64,000 bases of DNA from contig CAWGKG010000007.1 of NCBI GenBank assembly GCA_963823035.1, positions 160,001-224,000 on the forward strand, in the 5' to 3' direction. The notes below the pieces were generated by a model. That model had not been told where the DNA came from. It ran no database searches and saw only the letters and a program-made list of their open reading frames with translations. Shown one piece after another: positions 1-11,250 of this stretch. Position 1 is the stretch's first letter. Every line of letters starts with the position of its first letter. The stretch comes from an uncultured Gemmatimonadales bacterium. GTDB taxonomy: Bacteria > Gemmatimonadota > Gemmatimonadetes > Longimicrobiales > Gaopeijiaceae. A program made the translations under genes and the position numbers.

Positions 1-741
1 CTCGACGAGCGAGGCGCCCACCTCGAGGCCCATCGACTTGAAGAAGGTGTTCGCCATCGCCCCACCGATCAGGAGCCGGTCCACGCGCGGGAGCAGCGCC
101 TCGATCACGTCGATCTTCCCGGAGATCTTCGCGCCCCCGAGGATCGCCACGAACGGCCGCTTCGGCCGGGCGAGCGCGTCCCCGAGAAAGCGCAGCTCAC
201 GCGCCATGAGGAGGCCGGCAACGGCCTCCCCACCCTTCGCGCGGACGGCTTCGGCCAGGCCGGACGTCGACGCGTGCGCCCTGTGCGCGGCCCCGAAGGC
301 ATCGTTCACGAAGAGGTCGCCGAGGGCGGCCCACTCGGCCGCCAGCGCCGCGTCGTTCTTGGTGTCGCCCGCGAGGAAGCGCGTGTTCTCCAGAAGCGCC
401 ACGTCACCGTCGCCGAGCGCACCCACGGCCGCGGCGACCGCCGCTCCGGCCGACTCCGGCACGAAGAGCACGGGTCGCCCGAGCAGCTCGCCGAGACGCG
501 CCGCCACCGGCGCGAGCGAATACTTGGGGTCCGGCGCACCCTTCGGCCTGCCCAGGTGGGAAAGGAGGACGACGCGTGCCCCTGCGCCGGTGAGAAGCTG
601 GAGGGTCGGAAGCGAGGCGCGGATGCGCCGGTCGTCGGAGATGCTGGCCCCGTCGAGGGGCACGTTGAGGTCTGCGCGAACGAGAACGGTGCGTCCCGCC
701 AACGCGGAGGGATCGAGTTCGGAGATGATCTTCTTGCGCAT
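1..741 (-). CDS. pgk: Phosphoglycerate kinase (N-terminal part, runs off the window edge)
   Basis: Manual translation from ATG 741: MRKKIISELD...VRADLNVPL...LLSHLGRPKG...LLENTRF...VNDAFGAAHRAHAS...ILGGAKISGKI. Confidence 0.97.
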   Translation of the reverse strand, partial: MRKKIISELDPSALAGRTVLVRADLNVPLDGASISDDRRIRASLPTLQLLTGAGARVVLLSHLGRPKGAPDPKYSLAPVAARLGELLGRPVLFVPESAGAAVAAAVGALGDGDVALLENTRFLAGDTKNDAALAAEWAALGDLFVNDAFGAAHRAHASTSGLAEAVRAKGGEAVAGLLMARELRFLGDALARPKRPFVAILGGAKISGKIDVIEALLPRVDRLLIGGAMANTFFKSMGLEVGASLVE

Positions 742-838
742 GACGCGAGCCGGTGAAGGGCGACGTACAGGACCCGCAGGAAGCTACCAGCGATGGCCCC
801 CCCACGTCACCGGCGGTGACCCCCGCGAGCCCCCGCCG

Positions 839-3670
839 TCAGCGCCGCTCGATGCTCCGCTCCGCCACCAGGGGCGCGCCCGCCTCCGGGAGGTCGGCGA
901 CGACGCGCAGCGTCCACGGCCCGGCGGCGAGGTCCCCGACCCAGAGGTTCAGGTACTCGGTGGTCGGGCCTTCCGCGTTCGGCCGGCGCTCCCACGTCGG
1001 ACGGAGTCGATCCTCGCCGGCCGGACGGATGCCCAGGGCCACCACCTCGCCGGTGGTGCGGTTCTCGGCCTCGGCACGCAGGCGGTACCAGGGCGCCAGC
1101 GACGCCACGTCGTACAGCTCGAAGAACACGCCCACCTCCTGGCTCTCCACGGGGCGAGCGAGCGTGAGCGGCTTCATCCAGGGCGCGTCGCGACGCACGG
1201 CCTCCGGCAGCGGCGAGGCGGGCTCCGTGAGGAGGAGGTCGGACATCGTCGCCCCGGCCACCGATTCGGCCGCGTGGACCGAGTCGCGAAGGGCCGCGGC
1301 CTGCCCGGTCCGCCGGTTGAAGACCTCCACGACCACGTCGGACACCTCGGCGGCCGCGGGCGCCTCGAGGGAGATCGGCGACGGCTCGGCGCTCATGAGC
1401 CGCTGGACCATGTCCAGCTTCTCCCCCTCCGCGCCGAGGAGGAAGACGTTCAGGTCGAGCGTGTCGCGCGCCGCGGTGGCGGGGAGGGCGGGCACTTGCG
1501 TGTACACGACCACGTCGGACGCCCCGACGCCGACGCCGCGGAAGCGGGTCACCTGACCCGGGAGGGAGAAGACCAGCCGCGAGCCTGTTCCGTAACGGTG
1601 GGGAAACACCTGGCGGAGCTCGTCCACGTAGGCCCTGCCCTCCGACGTGAGGTCGAGGTTCTCGGAGGCGGCCATGCGTCGGAAGGTGATGTCGGGCCCC
1701 GAACCGTAGTCCCAGAACTCGGTGCGGACTCCGGAGCCCTCCGCGATCACGCGTACATGCGTGGGACGCCCATAGCGGACCCACACCTCGCCCGGGTCGG
1801 ACAGCGCCGAGCCGAAGCGCAGGTGGGCGTAGGCCGCGCGTGCCAGGTGCTCGACCCTGCGCTCGTTCACGGGCGTGGACAGGATGGGGTCCAGGCGTTC
1901 CCAGAAGGAACCCACCCATGCGCCACGCGCGTCCCCCGACGCCTTCCAGAACTGTGCGGTCTGGGAAGGATCGAGCAGCTTGGAGACGTCCTCCAGCTCC
2001 GCGATCTCCGCGGCCGGGAGAGAACGGATAGCGAGGCGGAACTGCCCTTCGGCGTCTTCGGTGCGGGACAGCCGCTGCAGGGCGAGCCCAGTCATGAGCA
2101 AGCCGTAAGGATGTCCCTCCGAGGCGCGCGTGAACCGGCGCGCGCCCTCCAGGACCTCGTTCCACCTTCCCTCGTCCGCCAGCTCCAGGAGCATCTCGAG
2201 GTTGGCGCCGGGGTGGGCGGGATACGCCTCGACCGCCGAGCGGAAGGAAGCCATCATCACGGTCTTGTTCGCCTCGGCGTTCCCCGCCGCGGGCTCGAAC
2301 GCACCCTCGAAGGCCGCGCCCAACGCCTCGGGACAGAGGTAGTTCCAGGCGATCAGGCGATCCACGGACGCGAAGCCCGACAGGGCCCCACCCGACGAGC
2401 GTGCCTGCGGACAGGCGGACGCCGAGAGCGCGTCGGCCGGGAGGCGACCCGCGTTCCTGGACCCCAGCCAGCTCTCGCGGACGAGGAGCCCTCGCTCGTA
2501 GTACAGGTCCGCGAGGATGACGGGAGGCAGCGTGGCGGCGGCGCGCTGCGCCCGCTGCAGGCCGCGTTCGTAGAGCATGCGGGATTCGGTGCGCAGCCCC
2601 TGCTTGCGACGGATGCGCGCCAGCGCCAGCAGCGGCGCCGGGTTGTCGGGGGCCCGCGCGATCGCGGTCTCCAACGCCTCGGACACCTCGGAGCGCCACT
2701 GCGTGGGCGCGGCCCCGGCGGGCGGGTCGCCCTTCAGGATCGCGCCGATCGGTCCGAGCCGGCGCACGGTCGCGTCGTCGCCGAAGGCCGAGCGGAGCAC
2801 ATCCCCGGCCTCCCGCTGGCCCACCACGGGGAGGACGACGTCGTCGCGCCACTCCGAGGCGAGCGGCTCGGGCGAGATCTCCGGGACGGACGGCTGGTCG
2901 ACGGGGTCGATCGCCGGTAGGCCGACCGAGTCCTCCACGCCCGGCGGAGGCCGGAAGCGCACGTCGAACTCCACCCACGTACCCACGGCCTTGCCGCGAC
3001 GGCGGGCCGGCGTGAAGTGGAAGGACGGCGCCACCCGCACCGCGGCACGATCCAATTCGGGCACGCCGGAGCCCGTCGCGACGTTGGCGACGTCCACGGC
3101 GCCGGTCGAATCCACCCAGAGCCGGAGGCGTACCGTGCCTCCGATGCCGCGGCGTTGGAAGGCCAACGGATAGTTGTCGAGGATCAGGTCCTCCGTCCCC
3201 GCCCGGTCGAGCAAATCGGGGAACGTCGCCTCCGGGCCCTCGTAGCGGGGTACGACGGTCCCGCGCGCCGGCGGCAGCTCGCTGCGGAGCCGCGGCGGCA
3301 CGACGTGGAACTCCTCCGTCCCCGTCGACGGCGCGTCGAAGGGGAGGAGCGGCACGGTCGGTGTGGTGGTCGGAGGCGCGATGCTCTCCTCGATCGGCGC
3401 ACGCACCACGTCCACGAGGCGCACGAGCGCGGCCCGTGCCGAGGGGACGCCCAGCCCCACCATCAGGAGTGCGGCCACGCTCGCCGCCATGAGCTGGCGC
3501 ACCGGCACGTGCCGCCGGGGGACGGCCGTTCGCCATTCCCGGGTGAGCTCCGCCTTCAGCTCCGGTCCGAAGGAGGGGCGTTCCTCGTACCGGATCGAGG
3601 AAAGCTCGGCATCCAGCGCGGCCAGGTCGTCCGGCATCTCGATGCCATCGAAGTCGAATCTATCGCTCAT
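839..3670 (-). CDS. Putative anti-sigma factor fusion: short N-terminal domain + TM helix + TonB C-terminal domain + TPR-like helices + GWxTD-like domain
   Basis: TM LMAASVAALLMVGLGV; TonB_C-like YPLAFQRRGIGGTVRLRLWVDSTG...SGVPELDRAA...FTPA; GWxTD-like FWERLDP...NERRVEHLAR...VWVRYGRP...EFWDY; ATG overlaps the sigma stop (TGATG). Confidence 0.75.
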   Translation of the reverse strand: MSDRFDFDGIEMPDDLAALDAELSSIRYEERPSFGPELKAELTREWRTAVPRRHVPVRQLMAASVAALLMVGLGVPSARAALVRLVDVVRAPIEESIAPPTTTPTVPLLPFDAPSTGTEEFHVVPPRLRSELPPARGTVVPRYEGPEATFPDLLDRAGTEDLILDNYPLAFQRRGIGGTVRLRLWVDSTGAVDVANVATGSGVPELDRAAVRVAPSFHFTPARRRGKAVGTWVEFDVRFRPPPGVEDSVGLPAIDPVDQPSVPEISPEPLASEWRDDVVLPVVGQREAGDVLRSAFGDDATVRRLGPIGAILKGDPPAGAAPTQWRSEVSEALETAIARAPDNPAPLLALARIRRKQGLRTESRMLYERGLQRAQRAAATLPPVILADLYYERGLLVRESWLGSRNAGRLPADALSASACPQARSSGGALSGFASVDRLIAWNYLCPEALGAAFEGAFEPAAGNAEANKTVMMASFRSAVEAYPAHPGANLEMLLELADEGRWNEVLEGARRFTRASEGHPYGLLMTGLALQRLSRTEDAEGQFRLAIRSLPAAEIAELEDVSKLLDPSQTAQFWKASGDARGAWVGSFWERLDPILSTPVNERRVEHLARAAYAHLRFGSALSDPGEVWVRYGRPTHVRVIAEGSGVRTEFWDYGSGPDITFRRMAASENLDLTSEGRAYVDELRQVFPHRYGTGSRLVFSLPGQVTRFRGVGVGASDVVVYTQVPALPATAARDTLDLNVFLLGAEGEKLDMVQRLMSAEPSPISLEAPAAAEVSDVVVEVFNRRTGQAAALRDSVHAAESVAGATMSDLLLTEPASPLPEAVRRDAPWMKPLTLARPVESQEVGVFFELYDVASLAPWYRLRAEAENRTTGEVVALGIRPAGEDRLRPTWERRPNAEGPTTEYLNLWVGDLAAGPWTLRVVADLPEAGAPLVAERSIERR

Positions 3671-4260
3671 CAGTCTCTATGGATCTCTTGCTGGTGGCGG
3701 TCCACGGCACCCTTCAGGCGCTTGAGCGCCCGGTGGAGCCGCACCGCCACAGCGTTGTTGCTGATTCCGAGGTGGTCCGCGATCTCGCCGTTGTCGAGAC
3801 CCGAACCGTAGCGGAGGGAGAGGATCTCCTGGTCCGCCTTACGCAGCGTCTGGCTTCCGTTCAGCAGACGCTGGATGCGTTCCTCGCGCACGACCCGCTC
3901 CTCCTGGGAGGGGACGTCCGCGACCAGATCGGGCACCCGATCCAACGAGACGTGCAGCGATCCCCGGCGCTTCAGCGCGCGCAGGTGATCGGTGACGGCG
4001 TTGCGCGCGATGCGCAGCAACCACGTTCTCGGCGACGCGCGGTTCTCGTCGTAACGGTGGAGCGACCGGAGGGCCTTCATGAAGACCTCCGACGTGACGT
4101 CCTCCGCAACCTCCCGCGTCGCCACCCTGAAGCGGACGTAGCGGTAGACCGCGCTCCTGTGGTCCCTGAACCACGCCTCGAAATCCCGTGGGAGGCTCGG
4201 GGCCGTTCGGTCGGGAACGATGCGCAAGCCCGGCTCGGGCATCTGACGATCCGTTTGCAT
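3670..4260 (-). CDS. ECF sigma-70 family RNA polymerase sigma factor
   Basis: Region 2 VYRYVRFRV...AEDVTSEVF...WLLRIARN and region 4 EIADHLGISNNAVAVRLHRA; alternative start ATG 4368 with a GGAGG RBS. Confidence 0.93.
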   Translation of the reverse strand: MQTDRQMPEPGLRIVPDRTAPSLPRDFEAWFRDHRSAVYRYVRFRVATREVAEDVTSEVFMKALRSLHRYDENRASPRTWLLRIARNAVTDHLRALKRRGSLHVSLDRVPDLVADVPSQEERVVREERIQRLLNGSQTLRKADQEILSLRYGSGLDNGEIADHLGISNNAVAVRLHRALKRLKGAVDRHQQEIHRD

Positions 4261-4267
4261 TGCCTCG

Positions 4268-5446
<1,179 letters not shown>

Positions 5447-6205
5447 TCAGCGCGCGGAGTCCGCGCGGAAGGGCAACGCCCGGGCGAAGACGACCAGCGT
5501 GACCTCCGATGCCCCCATCCGGACCAGCTCCGACGCCGCTGCGCTGGCCGTGGATCCGGTGGTTAGCACGTCGTCCACCAGGACGACGTGTGCGCCCTCG
5601 ATCAGGGACGCAGATTCGCCCCGGGCCGCGAACACACCCCTGACGTTAGCCCTACGCTGGGAGGGGGGCAAGGCGACCTGCGTGGCTCCCCCGCGCGTCC
5701 GCACGAGCGCCCGCGCCACCCCCAGATCCAGGCTCTGCGCGAGGCTACGGGCGAGGAGCTCCGCCTGGTTGTATCCGCGCCGGCGGACGCGCTCCCGCGT
5801 CGTCGGAACCGGCACGACCACACGGGGCGCACCCCCCGCCTGGGGGAGAGGGCGAATCGCGGCCATCGCGCGCCCCATCTCTCCCGCGAGCTCGGGCCAT
5901 CCGCCGTACTTGAGGGCGTGGACGAGCGTGTCGGCGGGCGGTGCGAGCACTGTGGCGTAGCGCGCGTGGCCGAGGGCATCGGGCCAGTCGGCGCACTCCC
6001 TGCAACGGGGGGCTTCGGGGCGTCCCGTCCCCAGGGGGAGGTGGCAGCGCGGACAGCGAGGCCAGGGGGCGCGCGGGAGTCGCGAGCGACAGGGTGCGCA
6101 GACGAGCGACGCCCCGCGGTTGTCGGGGATCCAGCTTCCGCAGGCGACGCACCCGCCGGGCAGGAGGAGGTCGAGCAGGCCGGCTGCCCAGCCGGCCGCC
6201 CTCAT
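5447..6205 (-). CDS. comF: ComF family protein (double zinc ribbon + phosphoribosyltransferase domain)
   Basis: LLLPGGCVACG...CAPC...CPRC...CREC, LKYGG, RRGYNQAELLA, VLVDDVLTTGST; ATG 6205 overlaps the aroE stop (ATGA). Confidence 0.9.
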   Translation of the reverse strand: MRAAGWAAGLLDLLLPGGCVACGSWIPDNRGASLVCAPCRSRLPRAPWPRCPRCHLPLGTGRPEAPRCRECADWPDALGHARYATVLAPPADTLVHALKYGGWPELAGEMGRAMAAIRPLPQAGGAPRVVVPVPTTRERVRRRGYNQAELLARSLAQSLDLGVARALVRTRGGATQVALPPSQRRANVRGVFAARGESASLIEGAHVVLVDDVLTTGSTASAAASELVRMGASEVTLVVFARALPFRADSAR

Positions 6206-7039
6206 GCGCCCGTGCCCTTCAGGAGCGCCTCCCGCATCTGCTCCACCGGCGCCGGCTGGCCCCACCACCGCTCGAACGAGGCCGCACCCTGCTGCACGAG
6301 CATCTCGGATCCGTCGGCCGTGCGCACGCCATACTCCTCCGCGGCGGCGAGGAAGCGCGTCGGCCCGGTACCGTAGATCAGGTCCATCGCCGCACCCGCC
6401 CGTGTGAGGAGCCGGAAGTCGAGGGGCGACGGGTCGTCCGCCGCCAGCCCCAGCCGTGTGGCGTTCACCACGAGGTCGAAGCTCTGCCACCGGAGCTCCT
6501 CGACGAACGCGGCGACCCTCGCGCGCGGCCCACCGATGCGGCGCGCGACCGCCCGGGCCCGCTCCGCGCTCCGGTTGTAGAGGAGCACCTCGTCGACGCC
6601 CTCCTCCAGGAGCCCCATCAACGTGGCCCGAGCGGCCCCACCGGCACCCAGGAGCAGCACGCGCATCCCCTTGGGATCGCCGATGAAGGAGCGCACCGCC
6701 CGGCGCAGCCCGTCCACGTCCGTGTTGTCGCCGTGGACGCGCCCGTCCGGTCCGCCCCAGAAGGTGTTGCACGCCCCCGTACGGCGCACCGATTCGGAGG
6801 GGACGTCGACCACGGAGGCAGCGCGCTCCTTGTGGGGCAGGGTGACGTTCCCGCCCCCCTGCGCCTTGGAGAGCGCGCGGATGAAGCTGAACAGGTCCTC
6901 CGTCGCGCAGCGCACCGCGACGTAGACGCCGTCCACCCCGGCATGCCGGAAGGCGGCGTTCTGCATGGCCGGCGAGAGGGAGTGACCGATGGGATCTCCC
7001 AGCAGCGCGAGCAGGCGCGTGGACGAGGATCACGGTCAT
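6202..7039 (-). CDS. aroE: Shikimate dehydrogenase (apparent frameshift near 7030)
   Basis: LLGDPIGHSLSPAMQNAAF, GNVTLPHK, GACNT, GDNTDVDG, LLGAGGAARA, MDLIY, DGSEMLVQQGAASF. Confidence 0.93.
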
Positions 7040-7537
7040 GGCGAGACGATCGGTGCGAGTCGATCGAGCGTTCGCTCGACGAGGCGCTCGAGGAGGACGA
7101 AGGTGGCCTCGTACTCCTCGTCGGATCCGCCGAAGGGATCGGGGACGGACGGAGGGCACCCCGCCGGGGTCCTCCCCCGCCGCGAACGCGGTCAGGAGGT
7201 TGGCCTTCTCCCCCGCCCCCAGGTCGGTCACCCGCAGGAGGTGGCTGGGCGACATCACCAGGACCAGGTCGGCCCACGCGAGCGCCTCCTCGTCCACCGG
7301 CGAGGAGCGATGTGCGGACAGGTCGAGGTCGTGGCGCCGGGCCGCCGCGAGCGAGCCTTCCGACGCCCGTCCGCCGTCGGCGGCCCCCGCCCCGGCCGAC
7401 CGCACCTCCACGTGCTCCCACCCGCGCGCGGCCAGGTCACGGCGCGTGATGACCTCGGCGAGGGGGCTCCGGCAGGTGTTGCCGGTGCAGACGTAGAGGA
7501 GCCTGAACGGCTCGGTGGGAGGGCTCTCAGCTTCCAT
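7036..7537 (-). CDS. Low-molecular-weight protein arginine/tyrosine phosphatase (apparent frameshift near 7145)
   Basis: P-loop VCTGNTCRSPLAE; DPFGGSDEEYEATF continues in another frame to TGA 7036-7038. Confidence 0.88.
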
Positions 7538-8190
7538 GGATGTCCGGAAGGGCGCAGCGGAGTCGGTGCAGGGGCACGGTACCCTCCCGTACCACCACCG
7601 GGCGCGCGCCCGTGCAATCTACGATCGTCGACGGCCCCGACCCCGGGAGCGTACCCGCGTCCAGGACGAGCATCTCCGCCCCGGCGCCGAGCGCCCTCGC
7701 CGCGGCGAGGGCCTCCTCCCCGGAGCGGGCCGGAGCCGTACCCGGCGCGTTCGCGCTCGTGGACGTCAGCGGCTCCTCGAACCGCTCGAGGAGCGCCCGC
7801 ACCAGGGGGTGCGGGCTGACGCGCACGGCCACGCTCCCGGCCGGGCTGCGAATTCCGGGTGGGAAGATACCCAGAGGATCGCCGAGCACCAGCGTCACCG
7901 CGCCGGGCCAGAAGATGCCGGCGAGCTCCCGGGCCTCCGCCGTCCACGCCAGGCGCGCGACCTCGTCGGCGTCGCGGACCAGCACCAGAAGCGGCTTGTC
8001 GGCATCCCGACGCTTGAGCGCCGCCACACGCGCCGCACCCTCCGGCGTGCAGCGCCGCCCCGAAGCCGTAGACGGTCTCGGTCGGGTAGGCGATGAGCCC
8101 GCCGGCGCGCAGGTGCGCCACGGCCGGGCCGAGCTCGGCGTCGGGAGCCGGGGTGCCACGCAGGTCGAGGACGCGCGGAGACGCGCTCAT
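7527..8190 (-). CDS. tsaC: L-threonylcarbamoyladenylate synthase, YrdC/Sua5 family (apparent frameshift near 8050)
   Basis: IAYPTETVYG in one frame; LKRRDADKPL, FWPGAVT, VAVRVS, LTSTSAN, PSTIVD in the next. Confidence 0.9.
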
Positions 8191-8930
8191 CCCCCACCCC
8201 GACCTTCGAGCGCTTCTCGAGCGCGCCGCTCCGCGAGGATCGCCTCGGCGATCGGGAGGTCCCCGGGCGCCGTCACCTTCAGGTTCCCCGCCCCCGCGTC
8301 CACCATGCGCACGACGGCACCGACGGCCTCCGCCAGCGCAGCGTCGTCGGTGGCCGAGGCGAGGAGCGCCGCGTCCGCGGCGTACGCCCGGCGGGCGATC
8401 CAGGCCGGGAAGACCTGAGGCGTGTGCGCGTGCCAGAGCCGGGCCCGCTCCGGCGTGGCGACGATGTAGCCGTCCGGGTCCACCTCCTTCATCGTGTCGA
8501 CCGCGCGGCAGCCGGCCACCGCGCCCTCGCCGCCGGCGGCGACGGCGATGCACCGCTCCACCACGCCGGGAGGGAGGAGCGGGCGGGCCGCGTCGTGGAT
8601 GGCCACCACGTCGACGTCGTCCGGGAGCGCGGCCAGCGCGTTCCTCACCGATTCGGCGCGGCTCGACCCTCCCGCGACGATGCGCACGCGCGCGTCGAGC
8701 GCCGTCAGCCAGTCGGGAGGGTCCGCCGCGTCGTCGGGCGCGAGGGCCACCGCGATCGACACCACCCTCGCGTCGGCCAGGAAGGGGCGGATCGCGTGGA
8801 CCAGGACGGGCTCACCCGCCAGCTCCAGGAAGGGCTTTCGCACCCCGCCCATGCGGCGGCCCGAGCCGGCGGCGGGCACCGCGACGCCGACCCGAAGCGC
8901 CCGCTCCGCCGGCGGTGCGCCCCCGGTCAC
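8187..8930 (-). CDS. ispD: 2-C-methyl-D-erythritol 4-phosphate cytidylyltransferase
   Basis: VPAAGSGRRMGG..KPFL, GGSSRAESV, IHDAARP, DTMK, TPQVF, TDDA, NLKVT. Confidence 0.95.
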   Translation of the reverse strand: MTGGAPPAERALRVGVAVPAAGSGRRMGGVRKPFLELAGEPVLVHAIRPFLADARVVSIAVALAPDDAADPPDWLTALDARVRIVAGGSSRAESVRNALAALPDDVDVVAIHDAARPLLPPGVVERCIAVAAGGEGAVAGCRAVDTMKEVDPDGYIVATPERARLWHAHTPQVFPAWIARRAYAADAALLASATDDAALAEAVGAVVRMVDAGAGNLKVTAPGDLPIAEAILAERRAREALEGRGGG

Positions 8931-10348
8931 GGCCCGTAGCCGGGTCCGTCGTCCGAGCGTCCGCCGTCGTGGGAGCCGCGGGCCACGGAATCGAAGCGGG
9001 TATACGCCTTCTGGAAGAAGAGCTCCACCACGCCGGTGGGGCCGTTGCGCTGCTTGCCCACGATCAGCTCCGCCTTTCCTTCGAGCTCCTCACGCTTCTC
9101 GGGTGGAGCGTAGTACTCCGGGCGGTACAGGAACATGACCAGATCGGCATCCTGCTCGATCGAACCCGACTCGCGCAGGTCCGACAGCATCGGCCGCTTG
9201 TCCGTCCGCTGCTCCGGTCCGCGGCTGAGCTGGGAGAGCGCGATCACGGGCACGTCGAGCTCGCGGGCGAGCGCCTTCAGCCCTCGGGAGATCTCGCTCA
9301 CCTCCTGGACGCGGCTCTCCGTGCGCGCCGCTCCGGACATGAGCTGGAGGTAGTCGATCACCACGATCCCGAGCTCCTTGCCGTCCGCACGCAGCTCGGA
9401 CTGCAGCCTACGCGCCTTGGCGCGGATCTCGAGGACGTTGGTCCCGGGCTGATCGTCGATCCAGATCGGCGCGGTGTTGAGGTGCCCCGCCGCGGCGGCC
9501 AGCCGCTGGTGCTCCTCCTGGCCGAGGCGGCCCCTGCGCAGCCGCTGGGCGTCGATGCGCCCCTCGGCGCAAAGCAGGCGTTGCACGAGCTGGCCCGACG
9601 ACATCTCCAGCGAGAAGATCGCCGCCGGCACGCTGTGTCCGATCGAAGCGTTCGCGGCGACGTTCAGCACCCAGGACGTCTTCCCCATGGAGGGGCGGGC
9701 CGCGACGATGATCAGGTCGCCCTTCTGGAAGCCGGTGGTCATGCGGTCCAGGTCCGGGAAGCCGGTCGGCACGCCGGTGATCCCTCCCGCCGACTCCTGC
9801 AGCTTCTCGATGTGCTCGAAGGCCGACCAGAGGATCTCCTTGATCCAGACGAAGCCCTCGCGGCTGTGGCTCTCGGCTACGCGGAAGATCCGCGCCTCCG
9901 CGTCGTCCAGGAGCTCCTCGACCGTGCGCTCGCCCTGGTCGTAGACGTCGCGGATGATCTGCGAGGCCTGCTCGACGAGGCGCCGCAGCAGCGCCTTTTC
10001 GCGCACGATGCGCGCGTGGTACTCGAGGTTGGCGGCGGTGGGCACGGCGTCCACGAGGGCCGCCAGGTAGTCGAAGCCACCGGAGGACTCCATCTCCCCG
10101 GTCTTCTTGAGCTCCTCCGAGACCGTGATGACGTCGATGACGTCCCCGCGCTCGTAGAGGCGGATCATCGCCCGGTACAGACGACGATTCGCCTCCCGGT
10201 AGAACATCGACTCGTTGAGGTGCTCGACCGCGCGGGTCACGGCCTCCCGGTCGATGAGCATCCCGCCCAGCACGGCCGTCTCCGCCTCCAGGGAGAAGGG
10301 GGGCGTCCTGTCGAAGACGGCCTGCGCGAAGTCGGTCGTGGCTTCCAT
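8927..10348 (-). CDS. dnaB: Replicative DNA helicase
   Basis: PPFSLEAETAVLG, AARPSMGKT, FSLEMS, IDYLQLM, LSQLSR, DLRESGSIEQDAD, KQRNGPTG; alternative GTG start at 10384. Confidence 0.97.
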   Translation of the reverse strand: MEATTDFAQAVFDRTPPFSLEAETAVLGGMLIDREAVTRAVEHLNESMFYREANRRLYRAMIRLYERGDVIDVITVSEELKKTGEMESSGGFDYLAALVDAVPTAANLEYHARIVREKALLRRLVEQASQIIRDVYDQGERTVEELLDDAEARIFRVAESHSREGFVWIKEILWSAFEHIEKLQESAGGITGVPTGFPDLDRMTTGFQKGDLIIVAARPSMGKTSWVLNVAANASIGHSVPAAIFSLEMSSGQLVQRLLCAEGRIDAQRLRRGRLGQEEHQRLAAAAGHLNTAPIWIDDQPGTNVLEIRAKARRLQSELRADGKELGIVVIDYLQLMSGAARTESRVQEVSEISRGLKALARELDVPVIALSQLSRGPEQRTDKRPMLSDLRESGSIEQDADLVMFLYRPEYYAPPEKREELEGKAELIVGKQRNGPTGVVELFFQKAYTRFDSVARGSHDGGRSDDGPGYGP

Positions 10349-10448
10349 CGATGTGGCGTGGGGGGCCGGAGCAGATGCGGGCACGCAATCTAGTCGGGCG
10401 CCCCCGGCCGCGCATGAAAGTGTCGTGTGGATGACGTGCCGACGCCGC

Positions 10449-11250
10449 TCAGCCCCCGTCCATCACGACGCGCAGGAGTTGGAGATCGTCCCAGAAGGCG
10501 CGCGTCCACCCCGGATTCCGCAGGAGCGCGGCGGGGTGGTAGGTGACCACCAGGGGAATGCCCTGGTAGGTGTGCACGTCGCCGCGGAGCTTGCCCAGCG
10601 GCTTCTGCTTGTCCGGTGAGCGCCTGCGCCGCGAAGGTGCCGACCGCGAGGAGGGCCCGCGGCGCGATGAGCTCGAGCTGCCGGCGCAGGTACGGCGAGC
10701 ACGCCTCGATCTCGTCCGGCATCGGGTTGCGGTTCCCCGGAGGCCGACACTTGAGGACGTTGCAGATGTACACCGAGTCCCGGCGCGACAGGTCCACGGT
10801 GCCGAGAAGGAGGTCGAGGTACTGCCCGGCCGCGCCCACGAACGGCAGGCCGGTGGCGTCCTCGTTCGCGCCGGGGGCCTCGCCCACGACGACCAGGCGG
10901 GCGTCCACGGCGCCGTCGCTGAACACCACCTGCGTGCGGGTCTCGGAGAGCCGGCACAGGGTGCACCCGAGCGCCTCGTCGCGGAGCGCCTCGTAGGAGG
11001 CGGGGAGCACCGGGAGCGCGCGGCCGGTCTCCGGGCCGGCAGGAGCTCCGGACGGCGACCGGGGCCGCGCAGGCGCCGCAGCCGCGTCGTCCGCCCCGGC
11101 GCGAGCGGTCGTCTTGCCGCGTGCGGCCGCCGCCATCTCGAGCAGCCCGGTCCGGGTCGCCTCGTCGAGGAAGAGCTCGGCGTCCCCCATCTCCCGGCGC
11201 TGGCGCAGCAGGCGCGCCACGTCGCGGGCGTCCGGGCCGCGCGGGCTCAC
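10449..11250 (-). CDS. Uracil-DNA glycosylase family 4 (apparent frameshift near 10608)
   Basis: CTLCRL, VGEAPGANED...PFVGAAG, YICNVLKCRPPGNRNP...C; TYHPAALLRNP in the shifted frame; GTG overlaps the coaBC stop. Confidence 0.9.
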
